This document shows positions 37,770 to 50,050 of a DNA stretch of 64,000 nucleotides, piece by piece (position 1 is the stretch's first letter; each line of letters starts with the position of its first letter). Below the pieces are notes generated by a model. It ran no database searches, was not told the origin of the DNA, and saw only the letters and a list, made by a program, of their open reading frames with translations. Both the position numbers and the translations under genes were made by a program. Source of the stretch: Chiloscyllium plagiosum (taxonomy: Eukaryota); contig NC_057735.1 of the NCBI RefSeq assembly GCF_004010195.1, positions 46,040,514 to 46,104,513 of the forward strand, in the 5' to 3' direction.

Positions 37770-38250
37770 AATAAAACAAAGTGTAACACTTAGCCACAGA
37801 AAGAGATATTGGGTAATATAAACAATAGCTCGGTCAGAAAAGTAGGTTCTAAGGAGTGTCTGAAAAGAGGTAAGGAAAAGAGGTGGAGAGTTCTAGAGAA
37901 GGGATTCTAGTGCTTAGAACCATTAGCAGCTAAAGGTTATAGCCACAATGGTGGTGCATTGAAAATCAGTGATGCTCAACAGGCTAGGTTATATGCAAAT
38001 GAAAGCTTGGTCAAAAAGGTAGGTTTTAAGGAGTGTTTTAAAGAGGAAAGGAAAAGAGGCAGAGAGATGCAGAGAGGGAATTCCAAAACTTAAAACCCTT
38101 GGCAGCTGATGGTATGGCCACCAATGGTGGAGCATTTAAAATCAGTGATGTGTAAGAGGCTAGAATTTATGTAGACATCTTGGTTGGTTGAGAGAGTTAC
38201 GAGAATTATAGAGATGTGGAAAGGCAAGGTGATTGAGGAAATTAAAAACC
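37770..38250 (-). mobile_element. L2-like LINE 3' end with an internal diverged duplication of about 175 bp
   Basis: gtaggtt(c/t)taaggagtgt...aagagg...ggcagct...gccac.aatggtgg.gcatt.aaatcagtgatg occurs twice (about 37830-37990 and 38005-38165). Confidence 0.6.
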
Positions 38251-38554
38251 TCACAGTTTGGATAAATAATACTGAGTCTAAAGGGCACTTTACATTAATT
38301 CTGCATGGCTGAACCTTTACAAAAATCCAGAGGTGTCCTACATGTTGCAAAGTAAATTTCATTGTACAGTACCTGTTTGTTTTCTGCTTTGTTTCTACTT
38401 TGTTAAGTAATAATATGCTTAAAAATAATGGTGATTTCAATCGGCATCAATTCAAATAGAAAATATGCAAGAAATATTAAACATTTTTATTATGGAAATG
38501 ATCAAAAGCTGCATTATAAAATTTTCACTATTGTTTAATATTTTAAATTAAAAG

Positions 38555-38649
38555 GACATCTTAATGAAAATCTTCAAGAGGCATGTACCAAAGAACAGAG
38601 TTTGACTACAGAACTAAAGAAGACAGAAGACTTGCTGAAGAAAAGAGAG
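38555..38649 (+). CDS. SYCP1: SYCP1 internal coding exon D (95 nt): (R)HLNENLQEACTKEQSLTTELKKTEDLLKKRE
   Basis: Acceptor aattaaaag and donor gtatga. A+GA gives Arg across the junction. Aligns with the recalled KLQSENLKQSIEKQHHLTKELEDIKVSLQRSV. Confidence 0.9.
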
Positions 38650-38719
38650 GTATGATTTGTTACCAAAGTGAAATGCTTGCTTGAAATATTTGTTTTCTGG
38701 CTGCAGAAATGACTTTCAG

Positions 38720-39750
38720 TTGAATAACAATAAATTAGAGGGATAGTCAATCCTGAGGAGGACTGTATCAACTTACAGGAGGACATTAATAAACTTATAG
38801 AGTAGTAATTAGCAATGAAGTTCAATGTATAAATGTCAGCTAGTAGATTTTTGTAGCAAGAAAAGGAAAGCTACTAATTATTTGGAAGGTATGAATCTGT
38901 TGGGGTAGAGGAACAGATACATCAATCACTAACAGTTGCGTCATCATTTTAAAACAAAAGCAAATTGAACCATGTCCTTAATTCCAAGAGGGATAACATT
39001 AAAAAGTAGAGAAGTTATGGTAAGCCTGTAGTGCACATTAGATGAAGCTTTAAGCACTCTATGTAGTTCTGGTCATTATAAAAACACATAGAAGAACTGG
39101 GGAGTTACAAAGATGATTGACAAGGATAATAGCTGAAAATGTTTTGCTGGAAAAGCGCAGCAGGTCAGGCAGCATCCAAGGAACAGGAGAATCGACGTTT
39201 CGGGCATAAGCCCTTCTTCAGGACCCCGAAACGTCGATTCTCCTGTTCCTTGGATGCTGCCTGACCTGCTGCGCTTTTCCAGCAACACATTTTCAGCTCT
39301 GATCTCCAGCATCTGCAGTCCTCACTTTCTCCCTGACAAGGATAGTACACAGTATGATGGATATACATATCCAAAAAGGATAAACTCTTCTCTTGAAAGA
39401 TGAAGACTGAGGAATGACTTTAAAACTGTGAAAGGTTTTGATATAAGTGTTTACAGACAGAATATGTTCGTTTGTGGGGAACAGCATAATTAGAGGTCAT
39501 CAATATAAAATGGTTGTCAAGAAATCCAAAAGGCAATTTAAAAAACTATTTATCTAAGCAATTTTTAAAAAATCCAAAGATTGGGGAGAAAATGGTATTC
39601 CGTAAATACGTTTAAGAGAAAGCTAGTCAACCTTTAGGGGGCCAAATGAAGTGTAGCATTTAATGATAAGATAAGGAGACATGGAATATGGCTCATATAA
39701 AGTATAAATGGATTTGTTGATCTAAATTACCTTTTTCTGTGTTGTGTAAT
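38720..39750 (+). mobile_element. Old CR1 LINE 3' fragment hosting a PLE cassette
   Basis: EEDC..LQEDI..L...AMKFNV.KC remnant and downstream CR1 motifs. Confidence 0.7.
39131..39333. mobile_element. Inverted-repeat cassette of PLE family A terminal repeats (intact hammerhead on the minus strand, 39192-39223)
   Basis: 39131-39204 is nearly the exact reverse complement of 39225-39298. TSD tgacaaggata(a/g)t at 39118-39130 and 39334-39346. Confidence 0.92.
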
Positions 39751-40519
39751 CTAACGAATCAGTGACTGAGAGTGGGAGGTGAAAAGGGAAGGATTCTTTA
39801 ATTTACCTCAACCCACAAAAAACAGATGGAACCATTAGAAATTTTACTGGTGTTTATTCATGTATATGCACAGGAGACCCACTATGGGAAAAATGGATCT
39901 CCCAAAACTGTTACAAATTCTGATTCAATTTGATTTGATTTATTTATTATTGCTGTATTTTTGTTACAAATGCAGTGAAAAGTGCTACATCTTTGATAAA
40001 ATATTTGATTTATACTCTTTCTACGTGGTAATTACATTATTTATATATACCGATCAGTGATAATACTTATAATTCTATCTATAACATTTGATCATAAATT
40101 AACACATGCACAGGAAGAGAAGGGAGATAAGCAGCTGGCTAACTGCTATGTCTTTAATCTTGTTTTGATGAGATGCCTGATCTTTACTTATTGGAATGTC
40201 TTATCTGTTTATAGCCCCAAAAGAGTATTAGGATGGCTCATCTGGTCTTCTATTTGGGAAAGAAACTGTTTGTTCTTGACTTAGCATCATTCACAGAAGA
40301 GAATTATCATTTCATTGTCCTGTGTGAGTCTTTTGTAACTGTGGGTCATGTCCTTTATTCTCTGTTGTGCCCTGTTTGGCCTGCTAACATGTCTGCCCTA
40401 ATGCAGCCTTAATTTACTGGATTAATTCAACTACTTTTCCTAAGTTACATTACTCAATCCAAATACTAAGATTTACTAAATTTTTGTTTTAATGGAATTT
40501 TTCCCTTTTCAGGAGGCTT

Positions 40520-41005
40520 GTAAGATCAAGAAAGAAGTGGTTTAGCCCATCGGATCTGACAGCTTTGTTGCAAGAACATTTTAACTATTTCCGCTCTCCT
40601 ATCCTTTCCACATTGCAATCCCTTTTTCACCCTGACAGTGTTCACATCCCTTTTGAAAGCTACGACTGAAGTCACTTCTACCATATTTTCAAGCAGTGTG
40701 TCTAATATCCTGATTATTCACTGTGAAAAATGTTTTCCTTATGTTACTTGTGGATCTTTTGCTAATTACCTTAAACCTTTGATTCCCAACACTTATTCCA
40801 ATGGGAACAGATTCTCTTAATGTATTCTATCTGGCATCCTTATGATTCTGAGCACCTCTACCAAAGCTCATTTCAGCCTTCCCTTTCCTAAGGCACTTGC
40901 CTAAATTCTCTGATCTACTTAAATAACTGATATTTTTTATTGAACCATTCTCAAATCTTTATTGCACACTCTTACAAGAGTGTAATGAGCCGAATTGGAC
41001 ACAGT
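40520..41005 (-). mobile_element. Old CR1 LINE 3' fragment
   Basis: Reverse-strand CR1 3' UTR and RT-end motifs, heavily diverged. Confidence 0.6.
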
Positions 41006-41299
41006 TGGTGAAAGTTTCCCCTCTTCTGTTGAAGTTTTATTTGTGAGAGATTCATAGCTTAGGGCATCTTTCACTCTTCATATCATTGCTAATGCAACTG
41101 GGTTTTGGCTGGCTTGCATTTTTCAGGGAATAGTGGGCTGGAGAGACATAGATTCTTACCACTGCAGGAATCTTCCAGTCCATAATGTGTCTGGTGCCAT
41201 ATTTAAAGGCTAGCTACATACCATTTCTAATGCTGTAAGCCAGGAACTGCCCCTTACAGTGAGGTACTTGTGTTTCTATATTCAACACATGTCTCAGAG

Positions 41300-41725
41300 G
41301 AGAGATAAGTTCACTCCCTGCTGTGCAGATCGGGCTCTTGAAATTTTGATGATGATGTGGTGGAGAGGAAGCCATTGCTGTGTACTGGGTGAAGCAGGAT
41401 GCCTAATTGTACAGGAGGAAGATCAGTGATCTTCTGCACACCATGAAGGTAAATTTCACCATCTTTTCCATGCTACCTCATACGGACAGGGCCAGAATTC
41501 ACTGCTCATGAGCAACCACCCTCAGTATTTCATGTAACACTTCAACTCAAATCTGTCACTCAATTCATCCTCACAGACCCTTTCCACTTCCTAATCACTC
41601 AATGGTAACATTTAACTACCTGTCCCACTCATGCGTCATGACTAACAACTCTTCCATCCACTTTCATTATACTGCAATCTTTCTGTTTTTCTCATTTGAG
41701 AAAAAAAACTAGCTTTACACCCAGA
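41300..41725 (+). mobile_element. Second Harbinger Myb/SANT-like remnant with a probable intron
   Basis: TPCCADRALEIL...RRKISDLLHTMK followed by gtaaat, then a pyrimidine-rich acceptor region and an EK.LA segment. Same layout as 29110-29690. Confidence 0.55.
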
Positions 41726-41739
41726 CTAATGCCTCCACA

Positions 41740-43380
41740 GCACACTAACTGACCTATCTGTAATCCTGGACTTCTTGCACTGTCGACCCAGAGCAATACA
41801 CCAAAACAAAGCCAAACCTCAGCCAAACAGTTAAAATTTTCTTCAGGCTCCTGACCTGCAAGCCGTTGTAGTTCTTGCCAGTATGCAGATTTGAGATAGC
41901 AAAAGGGACTGAAGAGACCTTAATTAAGTAAAGACTCCTGGGCTGGTATCCAGGACAGTTCGTACCCTAGAAAGTTGACCTAGATCTGGTTTGGAACAGT
42001 TAAATTGCTTAGCAACTTCAAATTCAGAACCAATCAAAATAAATGTCTGGTTAAATCGTCACCTGGTTCTAATGGAGGTTGATTCCAGCGCAGCAGTATC
42101 AGTGATCTCACAACCAATTTTTAATGAAATTCTCTCCGGACTCCAGCCTTTAATTTTGTGCAGGACCTCAGCTAGACTGAGAACCAACGCCAGGGAATCT
42201 TTATAGATTATGGGTGCAACTTCCTTTCCGATCTCTTACGAAAGCACCTGGTTCAGTTACCAGTGTTTGTCGTAAATGACTTGGACCCAAGCTGGATTGG
42301 GCAAAATTAGTCGCAAGAAATTCATTGACTGGCTCAATTAGAAAAATGCTGCTTGAGTGAAGTCCTAATTAAATACCTGAAGGTTTTCCAGGCAAGTATA
42401 GGAACTATCAGAGGAGCTAAGGCCACCTTGTATGTTGACCAGGAAGCAATTTCGCAATTCTACAAATCCTGCCCAGTATCATTTTCTTTTTTGGACAAAG
42501 GTAGTGGCAAAAATCAGAAGAGTGGAAAATGAAGGAATTATTGATTCGTCTAATTTGCGGATTGGGCAGCACCGGTTGTACTGATTTTGAAGCCAGATCA
42601 GTCACTTTGCCTTTGTGGATATTTTAAACAAATCACAGCTGGAGAAAAGCTCAGGCCCTCAGAAGATTTATACGCAAAGCTGGCAGAGGGTGCTGTCCTT
42701 CGCAAAGCTTGACATGAGTAATGCTTACTTGCAATGCATTTAGAACAGGATCTTCAGAAGTATGCTACAATTAATACCAGTAAGGGCTTGTATCAATATG
42801 TAAGACTGCCATTTGGGGTATCACCAGCTTGATGGAAGACATTTTGCAAGATTTTACCTCAGGTCACCATTTACCTAGATAACATCCTAATAACGGGGAA
42901 ACTGATAAGGACCACTTAGAGAACTTGGATATCGTCCTTAGGTGATTTTCCAAGATAGGCATACGCCTAAAAAGGGAACAATGTGTGTTACAGACCCTTC
43001 AAGTGATCTACTTGGGCTACAGATTGGACAAGACCGGGTTACACCCATTGGAAGGTAAAGTGAGGTCAATTAAAGGTGCCGCAGCTTTCATGTCTTGGGC
43101 TTGTTAATTATTATGGAAAGTTCATACGTAACCCTCCTATCTATCCTCACACCTTTGCATCAACTCTGAGAGGAAGGGTCAGCCTTGGGAATGGTCTCAA
43201 ACCCTAGCTTTTAATGAAGTAAAGAAACAGCTATCATCCTCCAAGATGTTGACACACTATGATCCTAAGAAAGATCTGGTATTAATGTGCGGTGCTTCCG
43301 TGTATGCCATCGGGAGCTTAACAGCTCATAGATGGCTCAATGGAGAGGAACAGTGAAGGGTTTATATATGCAGGAGTTTA
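41740..43380 (+). mobile_element. Gypsy pol fragment (protease, RT, RNase H), with stops and frameshifts
   Basis: LNRHLVLMEVDSSAAVSVIS; FAKLDMSNAYLQ; TINTSKGLYQYVRLPFGVS; IYLDNILI; LTHYDPKKDLVLMCGASVYAIG. Same family as 5051-8189. Confidence 0.92.
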
Positions 43381-43384
43381 GGAT

Positions 43385-43695
43385 CTTAGAATCCTTACAG
43401 TGTGGTAGCAGGCCATTCGGCCCATCAAGTCCACACTGACCCACCAAAGAGCAACTCACCCTTCTACCCTATCCTTGTGACCCTGCATTTCCCTACACAT
43501 CCTGGACACTATAGCCATTTAACGTGGTCAGTCTACCTATACAGCATATCTTTAGGCTGTGGGAAGAAACCAGAGCACCAGAGAAAATCCACACAGAAAT
43601 GGGGAGAATATGCAAACTCCACAGTCACCCGAAGGTGGAATCGAACCCAGGTCCCTGGCGTTGAGAGGGAGCAGTGCTAATCGCTGAGTGACTGC
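43385..43695 (-). mobile_element. Older diverged HE1-type SINE
   Basis: Diverged head, V-domain (ggggagaatatgcaaactccacag) and tail. Confidence 0.8.
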
Positions 43696-43964
43696 AGCCC
43701 ACTACTAATAACCAAGGATATGGTGAGTGCTGGAATATGTTGAGAGAGATGAACAGCCAGGATCTAGGCCTGTGGATCAGACTTGTGGGAATAAATGATC
43801 TATGTTCCTGTGGAAGTTTTTGACAGTTTGAAGTAGACACTCAAGTCACCCTACAATTGAAACTTGGCTAATGTTTACAACTATTGATTAGCATATTCAT
43901 TGCTGTGTAAAACAATTTGAATTTGTACTTGGCCTTAAACTGCGCCCTGAGTTGAAACAATAGG

Positions 43965-45088
43965 AGGCTGGTTAGTAAGGTTGGATCTCATGGAGGACAG
44001 GGAGAACTATTTGGATACAAAACTGGCTCGAAGATAGAAGACAGAGGGTGGTAGTGGAGGCATGCTTTTCAGACTGGAGGCCTGTGACCAGTGGTTTGCC
44101 ACAAGGATCGGTGCTAGGTCCACTACTTTTTGTCATTAATATAAGTGATTTGGATGTGAACGTAGGAGGTATAGTTAGTAAGTTTGCAGATGACAACAAA
44201 ATTGAAGGTGTAGTGGACAGCAAAGAAGGTTACTTCACATTACAACGGGACCTTGATCAGATGGGCCACTTGGCTGAGTGGCAGATGGAGTTCAATTTAG
44301 ATAAATGTGAGGTGTTGCATTTTGGAAAAGCAAATTAGAGCAGGACATAAACACTTAATGGTAAGGACCCTGGGTAGTGTTGCTGAACAAAGAGACCTTG
44401 GAGTGCAAATTCATAGTTCCTTGAAAGTAGAGTTGCAGGTAGATGTGATAGTGAAGAAGGTGTTTGTTAAGCTTTCCTATATTGGTCGGAGCATTGAGTA
44501 TAGGAGTTGGGAGGCCATGTTGCGGCTATACAGGACATTGGTTAAGCCACTTTTGGAATATTGCGTGCAATTCTAGTCTCTTTCCGATTGGTAGGATGTT
44601 GTGAAACTTGAAAGGGTTCAGAAAAGATTTACAAGGATATTGCCAGAGTTGGAGAATTTGAGCTATAGGGAGAGGCTGAATAGGCTAGGACTGTTTTTCC
44701 TGGAGCGTTGGAGGCCGAGGGGTGACCGTATAGAGGTTTATAAAATCATGGAGGGCATGGATAGGATAGGTCTTTTCTCTGGGTTGAGAGAGTCCAGATG
44801 CAGGGGGCATATGTTTAGGGTGAGAGGGGAATGAATGAAAGAGACCTAAGGGACAACATGTTCACACAGAGGGTGGTGTGTGTTTGGAAGAGCTGCCAGA
44901 AGTGGTGGTGGAGGCTGACACAATTACAGCATTTAAAAGGTATCTGGATTGGTGTATGAATAGGAAGGGTTTAGAGGGATATGGTCCAATTGCTGGCAAA
45001 TGGGACTCGGTTAGGTTAGGATATCTGGTTGGTATGGACTAGTTGGACCGAAGGGTCTGTTTCCGAGCTCTATATCTCTATGAATCTA
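43965..45088 (+). mobile_element. CR1/HER1-type LINE, 5'-truncated; best-preserved copy in the window
   Basis: WRPVTSGLPQGSVLGPLLFVINISDLD...SKFADDNKIEG; LYRTLVKPLLEYCVQF; 3' tail ggaccgaagggtctgtttcc shared with the HE1 SINE tail. Confidence 0.95.
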
Positions 45089-45479
45089 ATTGTACAAGCT
45101 AAGCAAGGATGACTTTCTCTTTTCCCTCCTCCAAAAATCCCTCAGGATGGAGGACGATCTGCTTCATTGGGTTAAGAGGATTGATCTTTCCAAGATGCAA
45201 AATGTAGTAAATGCAAGCTAGATATTGTTGAGATTTTATCCAATACTTCAACTTAATCCCCATGTGCTCTATGAACAGTGCCTTCCTAAATGAATCCTCT
45301 CCATTGAGACTGTCACAACCTGGGAATTTTGATATTTTTAGGAATTAGCGAGTTCAGAGATATTTTTAGGGATATTGGATCTCACTTTTCTTTCTGAAAG
45401 TATTCCTATTAGTCCTTTCCTATCCATTTCTAGTTATGGACCAGAGTTTAGAACGTTAGGGCAGATATGAAATTTAAAC

Positions 45480-46170
45480 AATACTTGGGCAGAAAGGTGG
45501 AAAGAGACTGCAAACCTGCCACATCCCATTATGGTGAAGGACAATTAAACTCAGTAGAAATGGGGAAGCCCTGCATTGTACGCCATCAAGGCTGAAGCAT
45601 TCACAACAATTCTCAGCCAAAAAGTGACAATGTATGATCTATCTCAGCCTTCTCCAGTCATCCCAAGTATCATAGATGCTGGTTTTCAGCCAATTTGATT
45701 CACTCTGTGTAGAAGAAAGTGGTTGGAGGCATTGATTACTGCAAAGGCTATTGTTCCTGATAACATTCTGGCAATAGCAAGGAGGATTTGTGCTCCAGAA
45801 TTTGCTGCTCCCTTCCACCTGTTCCAGTACAGCTGTACTGGCATCCCCTCGACAATGAAAAATTATCTCGATATGTCCTGTAGACAAAAAGCTTGGCAAA
45901 TCTAACCTTGCTAATTGCTGCCCCAGAATATTCTTTATCAGTGAAGAAATGTTAAGTTTCACCAAGCAGCATCTGCTTAGCAAAATTTCACCAAGCAGCA
46001 TCTGCTTAGCAAAAGCTTGCTCACTTACGCCCAGTTTGGATTCTGTCAGGGCCACTCTGCTCTTGACCTCTTTATAGCCTTGGCTCAAACATAAACTAAC
46101 AGTTGAATTCCAAAGGGGAGGCGACAGCCCTTGATAACAAGGCTGCATTTGACTGGAGTATGGCCAAGTT
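45480..46170 (+). mobile_element. Degenerate LINE RT N-terminal region
   Basis: AKAIVPDNILAIARRICAPEFAAP..LFQ and the AQFGFCQGHSALDL motif. Confidence 0.7.
45957..46014. repeat. Perfect 29-bp tandem duplication
   Basis: tttcaccaagcagcatctgcttagcaaaa x2. Confidence 0.95.
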
Positions 46171-47065
46171 GGAGAATGTTCTCTTGAGTTTGTTTCTGAA
46201 CATGGTTAAAGTAGCCATCAGTAGGTCTAGATAGCAGGCATTGGTGGAGGTTATAATTGCCAAATGCCTGTTCAGCTCTCTTTTCACAGTTATGTCAGTG
46301 TCGGGGTGTCCATGGGGAGATAGGTGCAGTGTCTACTGGTACGTTTGAAGCTTTTCAGGGTAGGCCGGCCCTACAGGGTCTGAAATATGTTAATTCTTTG
46401 CCGACACTATTTTGTTTCGGACTCCCTTTGTTTGGCGCCTTTTTGAATATACTGACTTTGTAACATGGTTGGTAGTGAGCAGTGTGACAGTTTTGTTGTA
46501 TGGGTGATTTGGTTTTTGGGTTTATTTGAAACCTTTAAAAAAAAGTTCTCCTCAAACTGGGAGTTGGCTTCTGAACAGAGAAAAAGGTTCAGAAGGAAAA
46601 GGCATAAACTGCCTTTGTGTTTGTTCTGGACTTTAGCTTCACAATAAAACACCTATAAATCTTTAAAAGTCTTTTCCTGCCAGGCCACACCACCTAGGAG
46701 GAGACTCGAAATAAGGGTATCACTAAAATGTCCAAAGGTGGAAAGTCACACCAGCGACTGATTTCCCTCCTTAATGTGGAGACTCAGAACCTCCGCAGTG
46801 ATGTAATACATGTTTTCATTCCAGGAGAAAATAACCAACATCATCTGTTTTTTATGACAAAGCTGGGAAGTAGGTTCAAAGGGACCATCCAATACTAAAT
46901 GGAGGTGACAAACTGGTTTATGGTCACCTTGCCCCTTGTAAAGCTTGCCCCTTGCAGAGCAGTCCCGTAAAGCACACTGGACAGTGGAGACTTTGGAGAG
47001 GATTCCTTAGCTGGGCTAAGGAGTAGATAGAGGAGATGGGTAGTGCTCTAGGTAAACACCCTTAA

Positions 47066-47222
47066 CAGGTTAGGTTAATTGGCCATGCTAAATTGCCCGT
47101 AGTGTACGTGAAAGGGTAAGTGTAGGGGAATGGGTCTGGGTGGGTTGCTGTTTGGAGGGTCATTGTGGTCTTGTTGGGCGAAGGGCCTGTTTCCACACTG
47201 TAAGTAATTTAATCTAATCAAT
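47066..47222 (+). mobile_element. HE1 SINE 3' half
   Basis: ggccatgctaaattgcccgtagtg...gaagggcctgtttccacactgtaag...tctaatc. Confidence 0.85.
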
Positions 47223-47229
47223 CTTCTGA

Positions 47230-50050
47230 TAAGGAGTACGTCTAACACTGAAGCAGCAGTCCAGAACATTTGACCGAATTGATCCTGGCGGAAGATGCGG
47301 CTGAATATGTTTCCTGGCACTCGCGCATCTTCTCCAAGTCAGTTTGGCAAACTTGAGGAGTACATCATTAGCCTATGGCGAAAGGACCATCCCCCACATC
47401 CGGCCAGTGCAAAGCCAGTACTGACAACTTCCTGTGCAAGAGGCCTAGGAAAGAGAATACAGCAGGCCAGACAAGGAACAGCCTTAATGCACTCCTCTCC
47501 TAAAGTGAAGGACATTGTCAAAGACCTCTTAACTTTAGTTAGACACTGAGACGACTTGCAGAAGTTGGCTTTAGGCAACCCAAACCTGAATGCATGCAGA
47601 CTCCCAAGTAAATATTCACGATCCATCCTGTCAAACACCTTCTTCTGATCAAGAGATAGGAAGGAAATTGAAAGATCAGTCCTCTGAGGAAGATGGATTA
47701 AATCACAGATAAATTGGATGTTGTCATGCATCTTCTGGTTGGTACCATGTAGGGCTGGTCATCGAGGATGGATCCAAGGTGAGACAAGACCTTGGCAAAG
47801 ATCTTGTAATCTTTGTTAAGGAGGGAGACCAGATGGCAGTTCTTTAATAAACAAAGGACCCCTTTCTTGGGCAGTAGAAAAATAATAATCCTGCATCAAG
47901 AAAGGGCAACTCTGTCTCATTGAGCATAACTTCAAGACCTACCCAGAATGGTTTCCACGATTGCCTGGAAAATGCTAAAGATTGCCATAGTCAGCTTGTT
48001 AGCCCAGTGCTCATCAAGAGCCCGATAATGATGTCAGGTAGCTACCCTACTGTGATTGGAGCATCAAACATGCTGGTTTCCCACTCCTGGGCTGACCTGC
48101 TTCAGATTCTCCCAAAGAACTCTGTGACCATCCTTGCAAGATAATTCAGAGAGCATAGAGCAGTGTTTAAGGCTGAGACCTGAGCAGATGCCCTCTGGAT
48201 CTGTGACAAGAGACCTGTCAGCAGCCAGCAGCACAAGGAACTGCTGTTGGGTGCCCTATCTTTTTTTCTAGTGAGTAGAAGAAAAGGATCTTTGAGGAAC
48301 CTGATTCATAACCTAACACACATGGCTTGGGATCCGATGTGTTGCATGTTCCCCCACATACTTTTCTTCATGTTGTATGCCCCTGCAGGGCTGTGTCTAT
48401 GCCAGGTTGACTAAAATGTGAGCATGTCCTTCTCCACATTCTCAAATCTGGATTCCATCTCTATATTTAAGCCATCATATATTCCTGACAGGAGACATAG
48501 ATAAGAATTTTGCTCATATCCCACCATAAATCAAGAAATGTATACTCCCCTGCTTCCTTCTCCAGCAGATCGAGAACAGAGAGAAAGAGTCCCGGAACTG
48601 CTTGTCCTCCAGCAACAAATTGTTCAAATGCCAATACCCAAACCTTAGCTGGGCATACTATAAAACTAGCGCCTCTTCGGTTGTAATCTGAAAATGGCAC
48701 CTGCCACATGAAAGCTGTCAGAATGCACAAGACATACACCAATGTAATCTGTATGTGGTGGATTTTGATGCTGAAAGCCCAGGCTTCAAGGTAGTAAAGA
48801 TGGTGAAGTCAGGATGGAGATCCTCCAGGCATCGAACTAGAGTGAAAGGCTTGACCAAGCTCCTCAGCCCTCCTTTGATACTGAGCCAGTCTGGGCACTA
48901 CCACGGTCCCCTTCCTTAAGGATGCAGTTGAAATCAACCCCACCACCCCATATGGATAACGCATTGGCTTACATTGATTGAGCTGAGAAGAATGAGCACT
49001 TCCTCAAAGAAGTGCATTTGCCTCACTCTGACCGAGGAGTGTAGAACACATAATAAGAACATAAGAACTAGGAGCAGGAGTAGGCCATCTGGCCCTTTGA
49101 ACCTGCTCCTCCATTCAATAAGATCATGGCCGATCTTTTCGTGGCCTCAGCTCCACTTACCCCCCTCTCACCGTAACTCTTAATTCCTTTATTGTTCAAA
49201 AAAAATCGCTTTCAAAACATTTATTAAAGTAGCATCAACTACTTCACTGGGTAGGGAATTCCATAGATGCATAATCCTGTGGGTGAAGAAGTTCCTTCAA
49301 TTCAACCTGAAATTTGCTCCACCTAATTTTGAAGCTATGCCCTCAAGTCTTAGTTTCACCTGCCAGTGGAAACATCCTCTCTACATGTATCTTATCTATT
49401 CCCTTCATAATTTTATGTGTTTCTATAAGATCCCCCCTCATCCTTCTAAATTCCAATGAATGTAATCCCAGGGTACTAAGTCTCTCCTCATAAGCCAACC
49501 CTCCTCAACTCTGGAATCAACCTCCTCTGCACCCTCTCTAGTGCCAGTGCATCCTTTCTCAAGTAAGGAGACCAAAACTGTGCACAGTACTCGAGGTATG
49601 GCGTCACCAGCACCCTATACAGTTGCAATATAACCACATTGCCACCATTGGACACCTGAATAATGCCTCACCTTCTTACATAGATGGGACCACACAGTGT
49701 CCAGAAGGCACAATAAGCTGTTCCCTGATGGACCATAATGAATAATCTTCTGCTGTCTTCTTCTGGGCCAGACAGATACATACCTGGCAATGGAAGGAGT
49801 ATACACTTTCCTTCAAGCCAAGTGGGAGTGGTTCAACCTTTACCTCAGTGCCTCCACTTGGTGCAAATACGGAGGAACAGTTCACAAGCAATAAAAGGTG
49901 GGACTTTTGATATGACCATCTGCTGTTCCATGGCTTTAAGGGAATCAACTGGCAGCTAGATCCTGTCCAAGGTGAGCCCCTTTGCTTGGTCTTCACAAAG
50001 TAAGCAGACTTCCTATACATTTTTGAGGCTGACTGTAGCAGCTATTGCCT
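47230..50050 (-). mobile_element. Tx1/L1-like LINE remnant (ORF1, endonuclease, RT), interrupted by a CR1 fragment
   Basis: DNIQFICDLIH...FLSLDQKKVFDRMDREYL (the SLDQEKAFDRV type); GVDFNCIL endonuclease motif at about 48920-48940. The ORF1 assignment (49630-50050) is weaker. Confidence 0.75.
49045..49630 (-). mobile_element. CR1 LINE 3' fragment
   Basis: Reverse-strand LQLYRVLVTPYLEYCAQFWSPYLRKDALALERVQRR; tail (ttcttatg)n. Confidence 0.9.

Noticed and set aside
40500-40525. Possible micro-exon (ttcccttttcag gaggctt gtaag)
   Set aside because: It would be 7 nt and break the frame. Exons D and E already join colinearly with SYCP1, and the site sits at the edge of a CR1 tail.
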